64,000 bases of DNA from an uncultured delta proteobacterium (GTDB lineage: Bacteria > Myxococcota_A > Polyangia > Polyangiales > Polyangiaceae). Made by a program: the position numbers and the translations under genes. The notes under the pieces were generated by a model. That model did no database searches, had not been told where the DNA came from, and saw only the letters and a list, made by a program, of their open reading frames with translations. The DNA lies in contig CAVQUB010000011.1 in NCBI GenBank assembly GCA_963716725.1, forward strand, positions 32,001 through 96,000, given 5' to 3'. How positions within the stretch are numbered: position 1 is the stretch's first letter; each line of letters starts with the position of its first letter. Shown piece after piece: positions 1 to 11,827 of the stretch.

Positions 1-351
1 AGCTGTGGGTCCTTCTTCGTGAACCCCATCGTGAGCGCCGAGCGCGCTGCCACCTTCGACGATGCCAACATGCCCCGCTACCCGCAGCCCGACGGCCGCG
101 TGAAGCTCTCCGCGGCCTGGCTGATTGAGCACTCGGGCCTCGCGAGGGGCGCTCGCGACGGCGCGGTCGGTCTCTCGACGAAGCACACGCTCTGCATCGT
201 CGCCCGTGACGGCGCTCGGGCGTGCGACGTGGTGCGCTTCGCGGCGCGAGTGCGGAAGACGGTGCTGGACCGCTTCGGGATCTCGCTCGAGCCCGAGCCG
301 GTGTTCTGGGGCTTTGGTCCCAGCGTGGGTGGCCTGCCGCTCGTCGACTGA
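1..351 (+). CDS. murB: UDP-N-acetylenolpyruvoylglucosamine reductase, C-terminal part (5' truncated by window)
   Basis: Frame 1 reads SCGSFFVNP...KLSAAWLIE...KH.L.IV...FGISLEPEP, the characteristic MurB C-terminal motifs. Confidence 0.9.
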   Translation, partial: SCGSFFVNPIVSAERAATFDDANMPRYPQPDGRVKLSAAWLIEHSGLARGARDGAVGLSTKHTLCIVARDGARACDVVRFAARVRKTVLDRFGISLEPEPVFWGFGPSVGGLPLVD

Positions 352-368
352 AGGCGCGACGGAACGGA

Positions 369-3041
<2,673 letters not shown>

Positions 3042-3112
3042 GGCAGGACTCGGGGGTCTAGCACAGGCCCCCGGGCGGCGCGCGACGTAGTAACATCGCG
3101 CCCTGACCTCGC

Positions 3113-5525
3113 ATGCCTGACGCCGCACTCGCCCTCCTTGCCGCTCGTGACCTTGGCCGGGTCGAGCAACGGGTCGCGCTGCGCGGCAGGCTCGACATCG
3201 GCAGCGGCTCGCGGCAGCCCGCGAGCCTGGTGAGGACCACCGGCGGCCTGTACCTGGTGGCGGCCAAGAGCTCGGCCGAAGGCGTCGCCATCGATCTCGT
3301 CGCGCGCAGCGACTTCCGCTACGAGCTCGGCACCCTCGGCGACCGGCTCTCCGTTGGTGACGTCAGCGTGGTGGTGCCCGCCACCGCGCGTCGCGAGGCG
3401 CGCCTCTGCGTCGCCCTCGGGCGGTTGGGCGGCGCTGACGCTGATCGTTTCGGGGACCGAGGCCGGCACGTGGGCGATTCTGGGCCCGGTCTCCCGGGCC
3501 TTCCTGTCCGGGTTGCTCGATCCGGACGAGCTGCTCCTGGCGATTCGCGAGACCGACGAGGACGCGCCGGTCGAGTCGCCAATCGCGCCGGGCAGCAGCG
3601 GTACCGGCTCACTGGTCGTCACCGATTGGCGCATCGCCCGCGTGGTCTTGAGCTTGCTCGGTGACCATCGCGTCGAGCCCCTCGACGGCGTGAGGCTGAC
3701 CCTCGACGAGAGCCTGGGCAGGACCGACGTCTTGGCCGGCAGCTTTCGCTGGCGCATCCACCGAGGCGACGTGGAGGTCTGGCGCGAGCTGCTCACGGCC
3801 CTCGAACTCGATGGCGCTGCCCGCGTGCGCGCCTTCGCCCGTTTCAACTGGCTCGGTCGCACGGATTCGGCGTCGCTGTCGTTTTGCCGCACGCTGCTCG
3901 AGCGCGGAGCGAGCGAAGGTGACCCGTTGGCCACCATGGCAGCGTTCATGCTCGCGCACGAGAGCTCCGATGCCTGGGGGCTCCCGGATGACGTCGACCC
4001 AGCGATCAGCGCCCTCGCGAACCTGCAGCCGCCACCCGACGCGCTCGCGGCGATGTGGAGAAACTTCCGCCTCTCGCCCGACGCAGGCATCGTGCTCTTG
4101 GATCGGCTGAAGGGCCACGGCGACGACGCGGAACCCTGGGCGCTGGTCTTGCACGAGCGGGTCCACGCCAGGCTCACGGAGCTGCGCCCCGATCCCAAGC
4201 GACTCGCACGCGCCGATGTCGAGCTCGCCGAGCACCTGCTCCGATCGGGCCAGCGCGAGCGCGCTCGCGAATTGCTCGAAGCGCGACTCTTGGAGCTGCC
4301 GAGCGAAGAACTCTTGGGGCTCCTGCCAGGCGAAGACGCCGATCTGACCGCTGGCGCCGGCGGTCAGGTGCTGCGCATCCGCGTCTTCGAGCTGTTGGCG
4401 GAGGCTCGCGCGACGCCTTCGGGACCCTGTGTGCGCGCCCTCTCCGAGCTGGCACGCCTGCAGCCCCTGGTGGGATCCCGCGTGCGCGCCTTGCACCAAG
4501 CTGCGGTGGGAGAGCTTCGCGACCGCGCCGCGGCAGTGCTCGCGGTCCTCGGCCCGGGCGGCCTCGCTCGCCGCGAGCCCACGGGCGACCTGCCCGAAGC
4601 CGCGCCGCTGTCAGAGACGCTGCTCGAGTCCGTGCTGCCGCATCCCGCCGCGCGGGCCGAGAGCGCGGTACTCGGTCGGGTCCAGAGCCTGCTCGCGGCG
4701 GTGCCCGAGCCCGACCACGGCACCTTGCTCGAGTACGTCGAGCCCATCAGCGCGGCGCGGCAGGCGAAGGCCACACGTGCCCTCATGAACGCCGCTCGCC
4801 TCCTGCGCGTCGAGCGCATGCAAGGCTTCGTCTCCCGAGGAAAGAAGGGCGTCGGGACCCGCGCCTACGAAGGACCACCGGCCTTCGTGCTCGTGGGCGT
4901 GCGGCACTTGGACGACGATCCCGAGTACGGCATGACGGAGACCGAGCTCGGCTTCGCCATCGCCACCGAGGTCGCGCACGTGGCCTATGGACACGCGCGG
5001 GTGACCTCCAGTGAGATCTGGCGCGGGCTCTTCGATCGCAGTCGCGAGGGCTTCGATCTCTTGCTGGGTGTGCTGCCGCTGTTCAAGAGCTATCGCGTGG
5101 CCGAGCGGGCCTACCAGGTCCTGCAGAAAATCCCGACCAGCACCCTGAAGCGCGTGATTGGCGGGGCCAGCGCCGTTCGCAATCGGCTGGCGAGTCGGCC
5201 CGATCTCGGGGTCGCACACGAGAGCGACGACGTGCTCTCGGCGATGCACGAGGATCTGGTGGCGACGGCTCGCGTGATGCAGCTGACCGCCGACCGCGCG
5301 GGACTCGTCGCGTGTCGCGATCTCGGCGCCGCTCTCCGGGCCATGCTGCTGGTGCGCCCGGACCACAGAAAAGAGCTCGCTGTCGCCGAACGCGACGGCG
5401 TGCTCGCGCTGTTGCGCGAGCGTCGCGCCGATGGTCGCTTCGCCCACCAAGATCTCGCCGTGCGCGTCGCCGCGCTCTGTGCGTTCACGCTCTCGGACGA
5501 CTACGCGCGGCTGATCGCCGGCTGA
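3113..5525 (+). CDS. Large hypothetical helical protein with C-terminal M48-peptidase-like domain (degenerate zinc motif); apparent +1 frameshift near 3478
   Basis: ORFs 3113..3664 and 3354..5525 join if one T is removed at ~3478 (GRHVGDLGPVSRAF). C-terminus has FAIATEVAHVAYGH and LTADRAGLVACRD, as in M48-type domains. Confidence 0.55.
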
Positions 5526-5553
5526 GCGCGTGCTGGACAAGAACTGAGCCGCG

Positions 5554-6669
5554 TCAGCGCCGCGTGCTCTGGCGCCGCGACAACAGCTCCAGATAGAGCG
5601 CTTCGTAGCGGCGGGCCACGGCCTTGGCCTCGTGCGTTTGGTGGATGGCCGCACGCTGCGCCTCGATCACGCGGGCTGCCAAGCCGGGCTCGCGCAAGAG
5701 CTCGAGCGTCGCGCGCACCCAGGCATCGGCCCCCTCGGCAACGTGGATCGCGCCGCCGATCTCGGAGAGCGGGCCGTGGTCCAGGGCGAGCACGGGCACG
5801 CCCAGGCTCATCGCCTCGAGCAGGACAATGGGCATGTCGACCTTGCCCCAGAGATCATCCACCGGAAACAGCACCGCGCGGGACTCCTCGACCAGCGCGA
5901 GCACGTCGGGCAAGGTGTGCGTGAAGCGCGTGTGTCGCTCGGGCAAGCGCTGCTCCAGCGCGCGGGCCACCGCATGCGCGCGCTCGGTCTTGGCGCGATA
6001 GGCGAAGACCACGACCAGGTTCGGGATCTCGCGCGCCAGGGGCTCGACCAGAGCCGCAATGTTCTCGGCGCCGCGCGACAGCTCGATGTCACCGGGATAG
6101 AGCAGAACCACCGAGTCGTCCCGCAACACGAGCCGCTCCCGGATTGCCCGGCGCGCCTCGGTGGAGCGCGGGGCAATGGGCCCCACGGGCGGCGGGATGA
6201 CCTCGACCTCGCGGGTCGGCGCGTGCTCGAGAATGCGCAATCGTGTGGCGCGACTCTGGGCCACGACAATGTCGCCGAAGAGCAGCCTCTCGGCGTCGCT
6301 GAAGTCTCGCGGTGGCGAGGCGATGGTCTGCACCACCGATGCGCGACGCAGCGTTCGGAGCGCGCGGCCCACCCGACTGCTGCGCGGGTTGGGCGCGAAT
6401 ACGAAGTGCCAGAGCGCCGCGCCAGGGCCGGTGGTCAGGTACAGCGCCGCACGTACGTTTTCCTCGAGCGCGGGAGCGTAGGCTCCGGAGTCCGAGTAGA
6501 CCGGCGCCACCTCTACGCCCGGCAGCTGCGCACCGCCCCGCACCCCCATCACGACCGGGTGAACCTGCTCGAGGTTCTGAGCGACGTCGCGCACGAAGCA
6601 CTTCGTCCCGTCATGATAGGGCGGAGCAATGGGCTTCGAGACAAAGAGCACGCGGGGCGGCGTGGGCAC
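5554..6669 (-). CDS. Glycosyltransferase family 4 (GT-B fold)
   Basis: N-terminal RVLFVSKP...DG; C-terminal DMPIVLLEAMSLGVPVLALDHGPLSEI and ARRYEALY, typical of GT4. Start chosen at GTG 6669. Confidence 0.85.
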   Translation of the reverse strand: MPTPPRVLFVSKPIAPPYHDGTKCFVRDVAQNLEQVHPVVMGVRGGAQLPGVEVAPVYSDSGAYAPALEENVRAALYLTTGPGAALWHFVFAPNPRSSRVGRALRTLRRASVVQTIASPPRDFSDAERLLFGDIVVAQSRATRLRILEHAPTREVEVIPPPVGPIAPRSTEARRAIRERLVLRDDSVVLLYPGDIELSRGAENIAALVEPLAREIPNLVVVFAYRAKTERAHAVARALEQRLPERHTRFTHTLPDVLALVEESRAVLFPVDDLWGKVDMPIVLLEAMSLGVPVLALDHGPLSEIGGAIHVAEGADAWVRATLELLREPGLAARVIEAQRAAIHQTHEAKAVARRYEALYLELLSRRQSTRR

Positions 6670-6840
6670 GGCGTGGTATCGACCGACTCGGAGCGCGTCG
6701 TCAACCGCGGAGCGCGATCGCCGATCAGAACTCGACCCTGGCCCCCTTACAGCGCTGGGGGGTGTTCCTGCCCGGATGCGACGGAGTGGATCGCGGTCAG
6801 GTTGCCGCCGAAGCCCTCGCCGGGGCATCCGGCAGCGCCG

Positions 6841-6849
6841 TGCTAGAAT
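6841..6849 (+). promoter_or_regulatory. Extended -10 promoter element (TGcTAGAAT), probably for a leaderless Uma2 mRNA
   Basis: TG-n-TAGAAT lies 8 nt upstream of GTG 6858 with no SD between. Confidence 0.55.
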
Positions 6850-6857
6850 CCTCAGCG

Positions 6858-7430
6858 GTGACGTCCCCCGCACTGACGCTCTGCTACGCCTACCGCGACT
6901 ACGTTCAGTTTGAGCGTGACGCGCGCGAGCGACACGAATTCGTCGGCGGGCTCATCCTCGCGATGGCTGGTGGAACCCTCGAGCACGCGCGGCTCACGGC
7001 AGCGATCATCGCGACGCTCTCTTCGCAGCTTCAGGGCAAGCGCTGCGCGGTGTTCGATTCCAACGCCCGCGTGCGAGTCCAAGCCTCGGGAAATGCGTTT
7101 TACCCCGACGCCAGCATCGTCTGCGGAAGCGCAGAGACAGACCCGGAAGACAGGCTCTCGATGCTCAATCCGACAGCACTCGTCGAGGTACTGAGCCCCA
7201 GCACGGCCCAATACGATCGCACCGAAAAGCTCACGGACTACCAGAGCATCGAATCTCTCCGCTACGTGATCCACGTCGCCCACGATCAGCACAGGATCGA
7301 AGTTTGGACCCGAGCTGAGCAGGGCTGGACGACTTCTGTGTTCCGCGCAGGCGACAGCGCCGCCCTGACCGAACTCGGTTGCAGCTTGGACGTGGACGCG
7401 ATCTATCGCGATCCGCTGGCCACGGGCTGA
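6858..7430 (+). CDS. Uma2 (DUF820) family PD-(D/E)XK endonuclease-like protein
   Basis: RHEFVGG.I.AMAGG..EH, YPDASIVC, LVEVLSPST..YDRTEK...Y motifs. Confidence 0.9.
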   Translation: MTSPALTLCYAYRDYVQFERDARERHEFVGGLILAMAGGTLEHARLTAAIIATLSSQLQGKRCAVFDSNARVRVQASGNAFYPDASIVCGSAETDPEDRLSMLNPTALVEVLSPSTAQYDRTEKLTDYQSIESLRYVIHVAHDQHRIEVWTRAEQGWTTSVFRAGDSAALTELGCSLDVDAIYRDPLATG

Positions 7431-7500
7431 AGGCCAGCCCCTTCCCGCCTTCCTGTGGATCCGCCGGCCGACGGCCGCTGACGGCAACGGGGCGCTCCGG

Positions 7501-8301
7501 CTACTTGGTAGCCGCCGCCAGCGCTTCCGGGGCGCGTTTCACCGCGCTGGCCACCGCCGCCGCGAGCACCAGGCGCCGCAGCTCCAGTGAGCGCGTCCTG
7601 GCCTCGGCGCTGCTCGCGCGGGTGCTCGCCGAGCCCGAGACGGTGCCCGCGATGGCCTGCTCCGGCATGCGATGCACCACGTATTCTACGCTGGCCGAGT
7701 AGACCACCTCGGAGCCCTCGCGGGACTCGTTCAGCTTGCGCAAGAGGCCGGTGACCATGACCATCTTCTTGCCCTGCTCGCTCGAGTCGCCGACCTTCAC
7801 TCCGGGCAACTCGCCGAACTTCTGGCGGCTCGCCGTCTCGAGCTCTCCGGCCAGCTTGGTGCGCACGCCTTTGCCCATGCGCATGCTGCCGAGCTTGACG
7901 ATGAGCGTGACGCTGCTGCTCGTGACCAGCTTCAGCGAAGCGAGGGTGGCCGCGATTTGCGCGCGCACCGCGGAAGACGAGTCCTTCTTGTGAGCCTCCA
8001 GGGCCGGGATGCTCTGCTTGTCCCCGAGCACCTTGAGCGCCGCGGCGCAGGCGGTCCGCACCGCGGCGTTCTCGTCATCGAGTCCCTTCTCGAGAGGCAG
8101 GCGGGCGTCGGAGTGCTTGGTCTTTCCGAGCTCGAGCGCGGCCTGGACGCGCACGCGGAAGTCTTCGCCGTTCTCGAGGCGCTCGATGAGCTGCGCGATG
8201 GCAGGAGCGCCGGCAGCGCTCACGTGAGCGAACGACAGCGCCAGCGCGCACATGAGTGCGAGCGCGACTCGTTGCAGCTGGAGGCCGGACCAGTACCGCA
8301 C
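7501..8301 (-). CDS. Exported HEAT-repeat protein
   Basis: Signal-peptide-like N-terminus, then repeats of DFRVRVQAALELG / NAAVRTACAAAL / SSAVRAQIAATL. Confidence 0.75.
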   Translation of the reverse strand: MRYWSGLQLQRVALALMCALALSFAHVSAAGAPAIAQLIERLENGEDFRVRVQAALELGKTKHSDARLPLEKGLDDENAAVRTACAAALKVLGDKQSIPALEAHKKDSSSAVRAQIAATLASLKLVTSSSVTLIVKLGSMRMGKGVRTKLAGELETASRQKFGELPGVKVGDSSEQGKKMVMVTGLLRKLNESREGSEVVYSASVEYVVHRMPEQAIAGTVSGSASTRASSAEARTRSLELRRLVLAAAVASAVKRAPEALAAATK

Positions 8302-8368
8302 GCTGAACGGGAGCGTAGCTCAGTACGGACGGCGCCCCAAGATGGGTCACTGTCCCACATCCGCTCAC

Positions 8369-8905
8369 CTACTTCAGCAGCTCGGCCACGTGCGCGTCGA
8401 TCTCGAGTTCGTCGCCCTTGCGGAATCCAGCGTGCACATAACGAACGATGCCGCTCTTGTCGATGATGTACGCGGTTGGCATCGTCGGCGGCTGGTATGT
8501 GCCCGAGACGGCCTGACCTTCGTCCCACCCGATGGGGAACTTGCCGCCGTTCTTCTTGGCGAAGTCCGGGATGCCGTCGGGTTCGTCGTCGATGCTGATG
8601 CCGATGACGACGACCTGCCCGGCGTACTTTTCGGCGAGCGCTTGGTGGTGCGGGAAGGAGTCCTTGCAGGGTTCGCACCAGGTCGCCCAGAAGTCGACCA
8701 GCATGACCTTTCCGGAGCCATCGGCCAGGGACACCTTCTTCGCGTCGCCATAGTGAGCCGGGAGGTCGAAGGGCGGAGCGGGAGCGCCGACCAGCGGGTG
8801 ATCCGTGGCTCCGGCCGACTGACTGCCGCCGCCCATCTTGTTGCAGCCAAGAGCGGCGGTGCCGAGCACCACCGCGACCAAAACCCCCAAGTACCTTCGG
8901 GTCAC
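8369..8905 (-). CDS. TlpA-family thiol-disulfide reductase lipoprotein
   Basis: Lipobox ALGC, VDFWATWCEPC (CxxC), MPTAYIIDKSG. GTG start overlaps the upstream stop (GTGA). Confidence 0.9.
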   Translation of the reverse strand: MTRRYLGVLVAVVLGTAALGCNKMGGGSQSAGATDHPLVGAPAPPFDLPAHYGDAKKVSLADGSGKVMLVDFWATWCEPCKDSFPHHQALAEKYAGQVVVIGISIDDEPDGIPDFAKKNGGKFPIGWDEGQAVSGTYQPPTMPTAYIIDKSGIVRYVHAGFRKGDELEIDAHVAELLK

Positions 8906-10445
8906 TTCTTCTTCTTGTCCTTCTTCTTGTCGTCGGTCGGAACTTCGTCGGGGCAACCGTCTTCGTCCTGATAGCCGTTCTTGGTCTCCGGCTGGTCGCC
9001 GCACTCGTCTTGCTGATCCGGCACGCCGTCCTCGTCGTTGTCAGGATCCGGGCAGCCGTCGGTGTCCTCGAAGCCGTCGGTATCTTCGGGCGCGTCCGGG
9101 CACTTGTCGAGCTTGTCCGGTACGCCGTCGTTGTCGCGATCGGGCTCGTCGGGGCAGCCGTCGTCGTCCTTGTAGCCGTTCTTGGTTTCCGGCTTGTCGG
9201 GGCAGCGATCTTGATCGTCGGGAACGCCGTCGTTGTCGTTGTCGAGCTCGGGGCAGCCGTCCTGATCCTGGAAGCCATCGGGATCTTCCGGCACCTTCGG
9301 GCACTTGTCGGCGTCGTCGGGGATGGTGTCGCCGTCGGAGTCCCGCGCGCCCGCCGGACAGCCGTTGGTCTCGGGCTCCCGGCGATGGTCGGGCACTGAT
9401 CGTCGTCGTCTTTCACGCCGTCGCCGTCGCGATCGCCGCCTTCGGCCACGAACATGACGCCGAGGAATCCGCGCACCACCGGCACGCCCACACCCTGGAT
9501 CAGGCCAGTGCCGGCGCCCGCCGAGATCACGATCGGCGAGTCGATGGGCATGATCTGGATGCCGCCGTCGACCTCGAGCGAGTTCGTGCCGTTCTTCGCG
9601 CTGAACTTCGTCGCGCCGAAGCCGTCGAGCACGACCCGGAGCACCGGGCTCGGCTTGAAGCCGCCGGCGACGCCGTAGCGGAACTCGGGACCCAGGGTCG
9701 TCGAGCCCACTCGGCCTTCGCCGCGGTAGACGGCCGACAGGTTGCCGCCGAAGGAGAACGGGCCCTGCTCGCCGTCGAAGATGCCGCGGATGCCGACCGT
9801 CGGACTCGCGTCGCCGATGTACGTGTCTTTGGCGGTGGCGCGTCCCAGCGGGCCGGTGACGAATGCACCGGCGCCGACCACGAAGGGATCGTTGATCTCG
9901 CCGTGCAGGCGGTACTTGCCCTCCAGGGTGACGTCGCCCATACCCACCGCGTCGATGCCCTCTTTCGCGGCAACTCCGGTGTCGGAGAGCCCGTCACCGC
10001 TCACCCAGCTGACCGGGACCTTCAGACCGATCTGTAGCCGAGGGATCGGCGTCAGCGAGGCAAGCGCGTCTCCGGTGAGCAGGTTGTCGATGACTTTGAC
10101 GTCGGAGTGACCGGTGGCGTTGGGGTCGTCACAGTTGCTCTCGCTGAAGCAGCTCTTCACCGCGAAGGGCCGATAGGCGTAGTTGACGAAGAGACCCGCG
10201 CTCCAGGCCATCTCGCCGGAGGTGCGCACGCCCCGCGTGGAGAAGTAGTTTCGTGGCCCCGGGGCCGGATCGAAGCGCTGGACCGAGAACTCTTTCTCGG
10301 CGGCGCCTTGGGCGAAGGCGGGCGCGGCGTCGGCGAGCAGCACCGCCAGCGTGGCACCACCGATGAATCGAGCGACACGACGCGCGTCGGGCGAAGCGGC
10401 GCGGCGCTCAGGGCCAGCGGAGTGGAGTAGAGGGGGCGGGAGCAA
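8902..10445 (-). CDS. Outer-membrane beta-barrel protein with thrombospondin type-3 (Ca-binding) repeats; apparent one-base deletion near 9379
   Basis: Signal peptide (APAFA), amphipathic beta-strand region, then DxDxDGVPDxxDxCP / EDxDGFxDxDGCP repeats split over two frames (CPTIAG|EPETNGCP). Exact start uncertain. Confidence 0.75.
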
Positions 10446-10599
10446 CGGATCGATCCTCCGAGTCCGAGGGGGCAGCCCTCAGCGAAGCCAAGGCTCGCAC
10501 ACCCCGCCAGTCGTTCGCAACCAGCATGATCCGTCGCCAGGGGCGGCAAGAAGCCAGGGAATTCTGCGGAGGAAATGCGTCCGCGTTATCCTGCTCAGC

Positions 10600-11749
10600 G
10601 TGGCGCTCTGCGCCTCGTGCAAACACGTGCTCGAGGACAGCGCTCGGTTCTGCACCGAGTGCGGAGGGCCACAGCCCCATCGGGAGGCGGTCCGGCGCTT
10701 CGGCCAAGGCAGCGAGCTCGATCTCGAGTGGGGCAAGGTCGTCGTCGGCGACCCCGTCGGCGAAGGCGGCATGGGCGTGGTCCACCGCGCGTGGCTCTAT
10801 TACAATCCTGCGGGCAGCCGGGCCGCCACGCCGCCGCATCCGGTGGCGGTCAAGGTGCTGCACCCGCTGCTCAAGAGTCGGGAGCGCGCGCGCCGGCTGT
10901 TCGTCGGCGAGGCCGGCGCACTCAGCCGGCTGTCCCACCCGAACATCGTGCATTTCTTCGCCATGGTGGAGCCCGCGGGGCAGCTCGCCATCGTGATCGA
11001 GTTGGTCGAGGGCGAGCCGCTCTCGGCCCTGATCGAGCGCCAAGCGAAGCAGGGCTCCGATCGCGGTGGGCTGCCGTGCATGCCCTTCATGCGGGCCTGG
11101 CACTTCTTCTCGCAGCTGCTCGGTGCGTTGGCCGCCATCCACGCGCTCGGGATCATTCACCGCGACGTCAAGCCGAGCAACGTGCTGGTGCGCGTCGACG
11201 GCGTGATGAAACTGACCGACTTCGGCATCGCGCGCCTGCCGGCCGACGAAGCCAGGAACACCGGCGGCATGGCTCCCGGAACCGGCTGCTACATGTCTCC
11301 GGAGCAAGTGCTGGGCAAGGACATCGACGCCCGGGCGGATCTGTACAGCGCGGCCATCGTGCTGTTCGAGATGCTCACCGGCGTGACGCCCTTCGACGCC
11401 CCGACCCGAAACGAGATCATGGTACGCACCGCCCAGGTCGAGGAGCCGCCCCCGGCCCTCACCGCGCACGTCCCTGGAGCGCCGGCCGTGCTCGACCTCT
11501 TGTTTGCCCGGGCACTCGCCAAGGATCCAATGCACCGCTTCGGCTCGGCCATCGAGCTCGGGCGAGGCCTTCCGCGAAGCGCTGGACCTGCCGGAGAGCG
11601 CCGGCTGGTCGGCCCAGCAGCGGCTGGCGGACAACGCCGCGGCAATCTCGCAGCTCGGGCTGCCCGAGAGCAGCGCGCCCCAGCGTGCCCAAGACCCAGG
11701 CGGATCAGATGCGCACCGACGTGATGCAGGCCTACGAGGCACAGCGCTG
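10600..11749 (+). CDS. Hanks-type Ser/Thr protein kinase with N-terminal zinc ribbon; apparent +1 frameshifts near 11561 and 11680
   Basis: CASC...FCTECG ribbon; GEGGMGVV, VAVK, HRDVKPSN, DFG, YMSPEQ. C-terminus restored by removing an extra G and an extra C in short homopolymers. Confidence 0.85.
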
Positions 11750-11827
11750 AGGCCCGCGAAAGCCTTTGGGAAAGACCGTCGTTGACAGTCTTCCCGGGCG
11801 CGTGCGATAGCCTCGACCGGCCGCCGA

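Noticed and set aside
6768..6835. GGTCAGGT-containing hairpin resembling SRP (4.5S) RNA
   Set aside because: Lacks the conserved GGAA tetraloop and the AGCAG element of SRP helix 8
6858..7430. Uma2 nuclease as part of a defence island or mobile element
   Set aside because: Solitary gene with no methylase, toxin-antitoxin partner, integrase or terminal repeats; Uma2 paralogs are commonly scattered in myxobacteria
11782..11813. TTGACA as a sigma70 -35 box for the TIGR04551-like gene
   Set aside because: The best -10 candidate (TAGCCT) is 20 nt away, outside normal spacing, so it is not supportable
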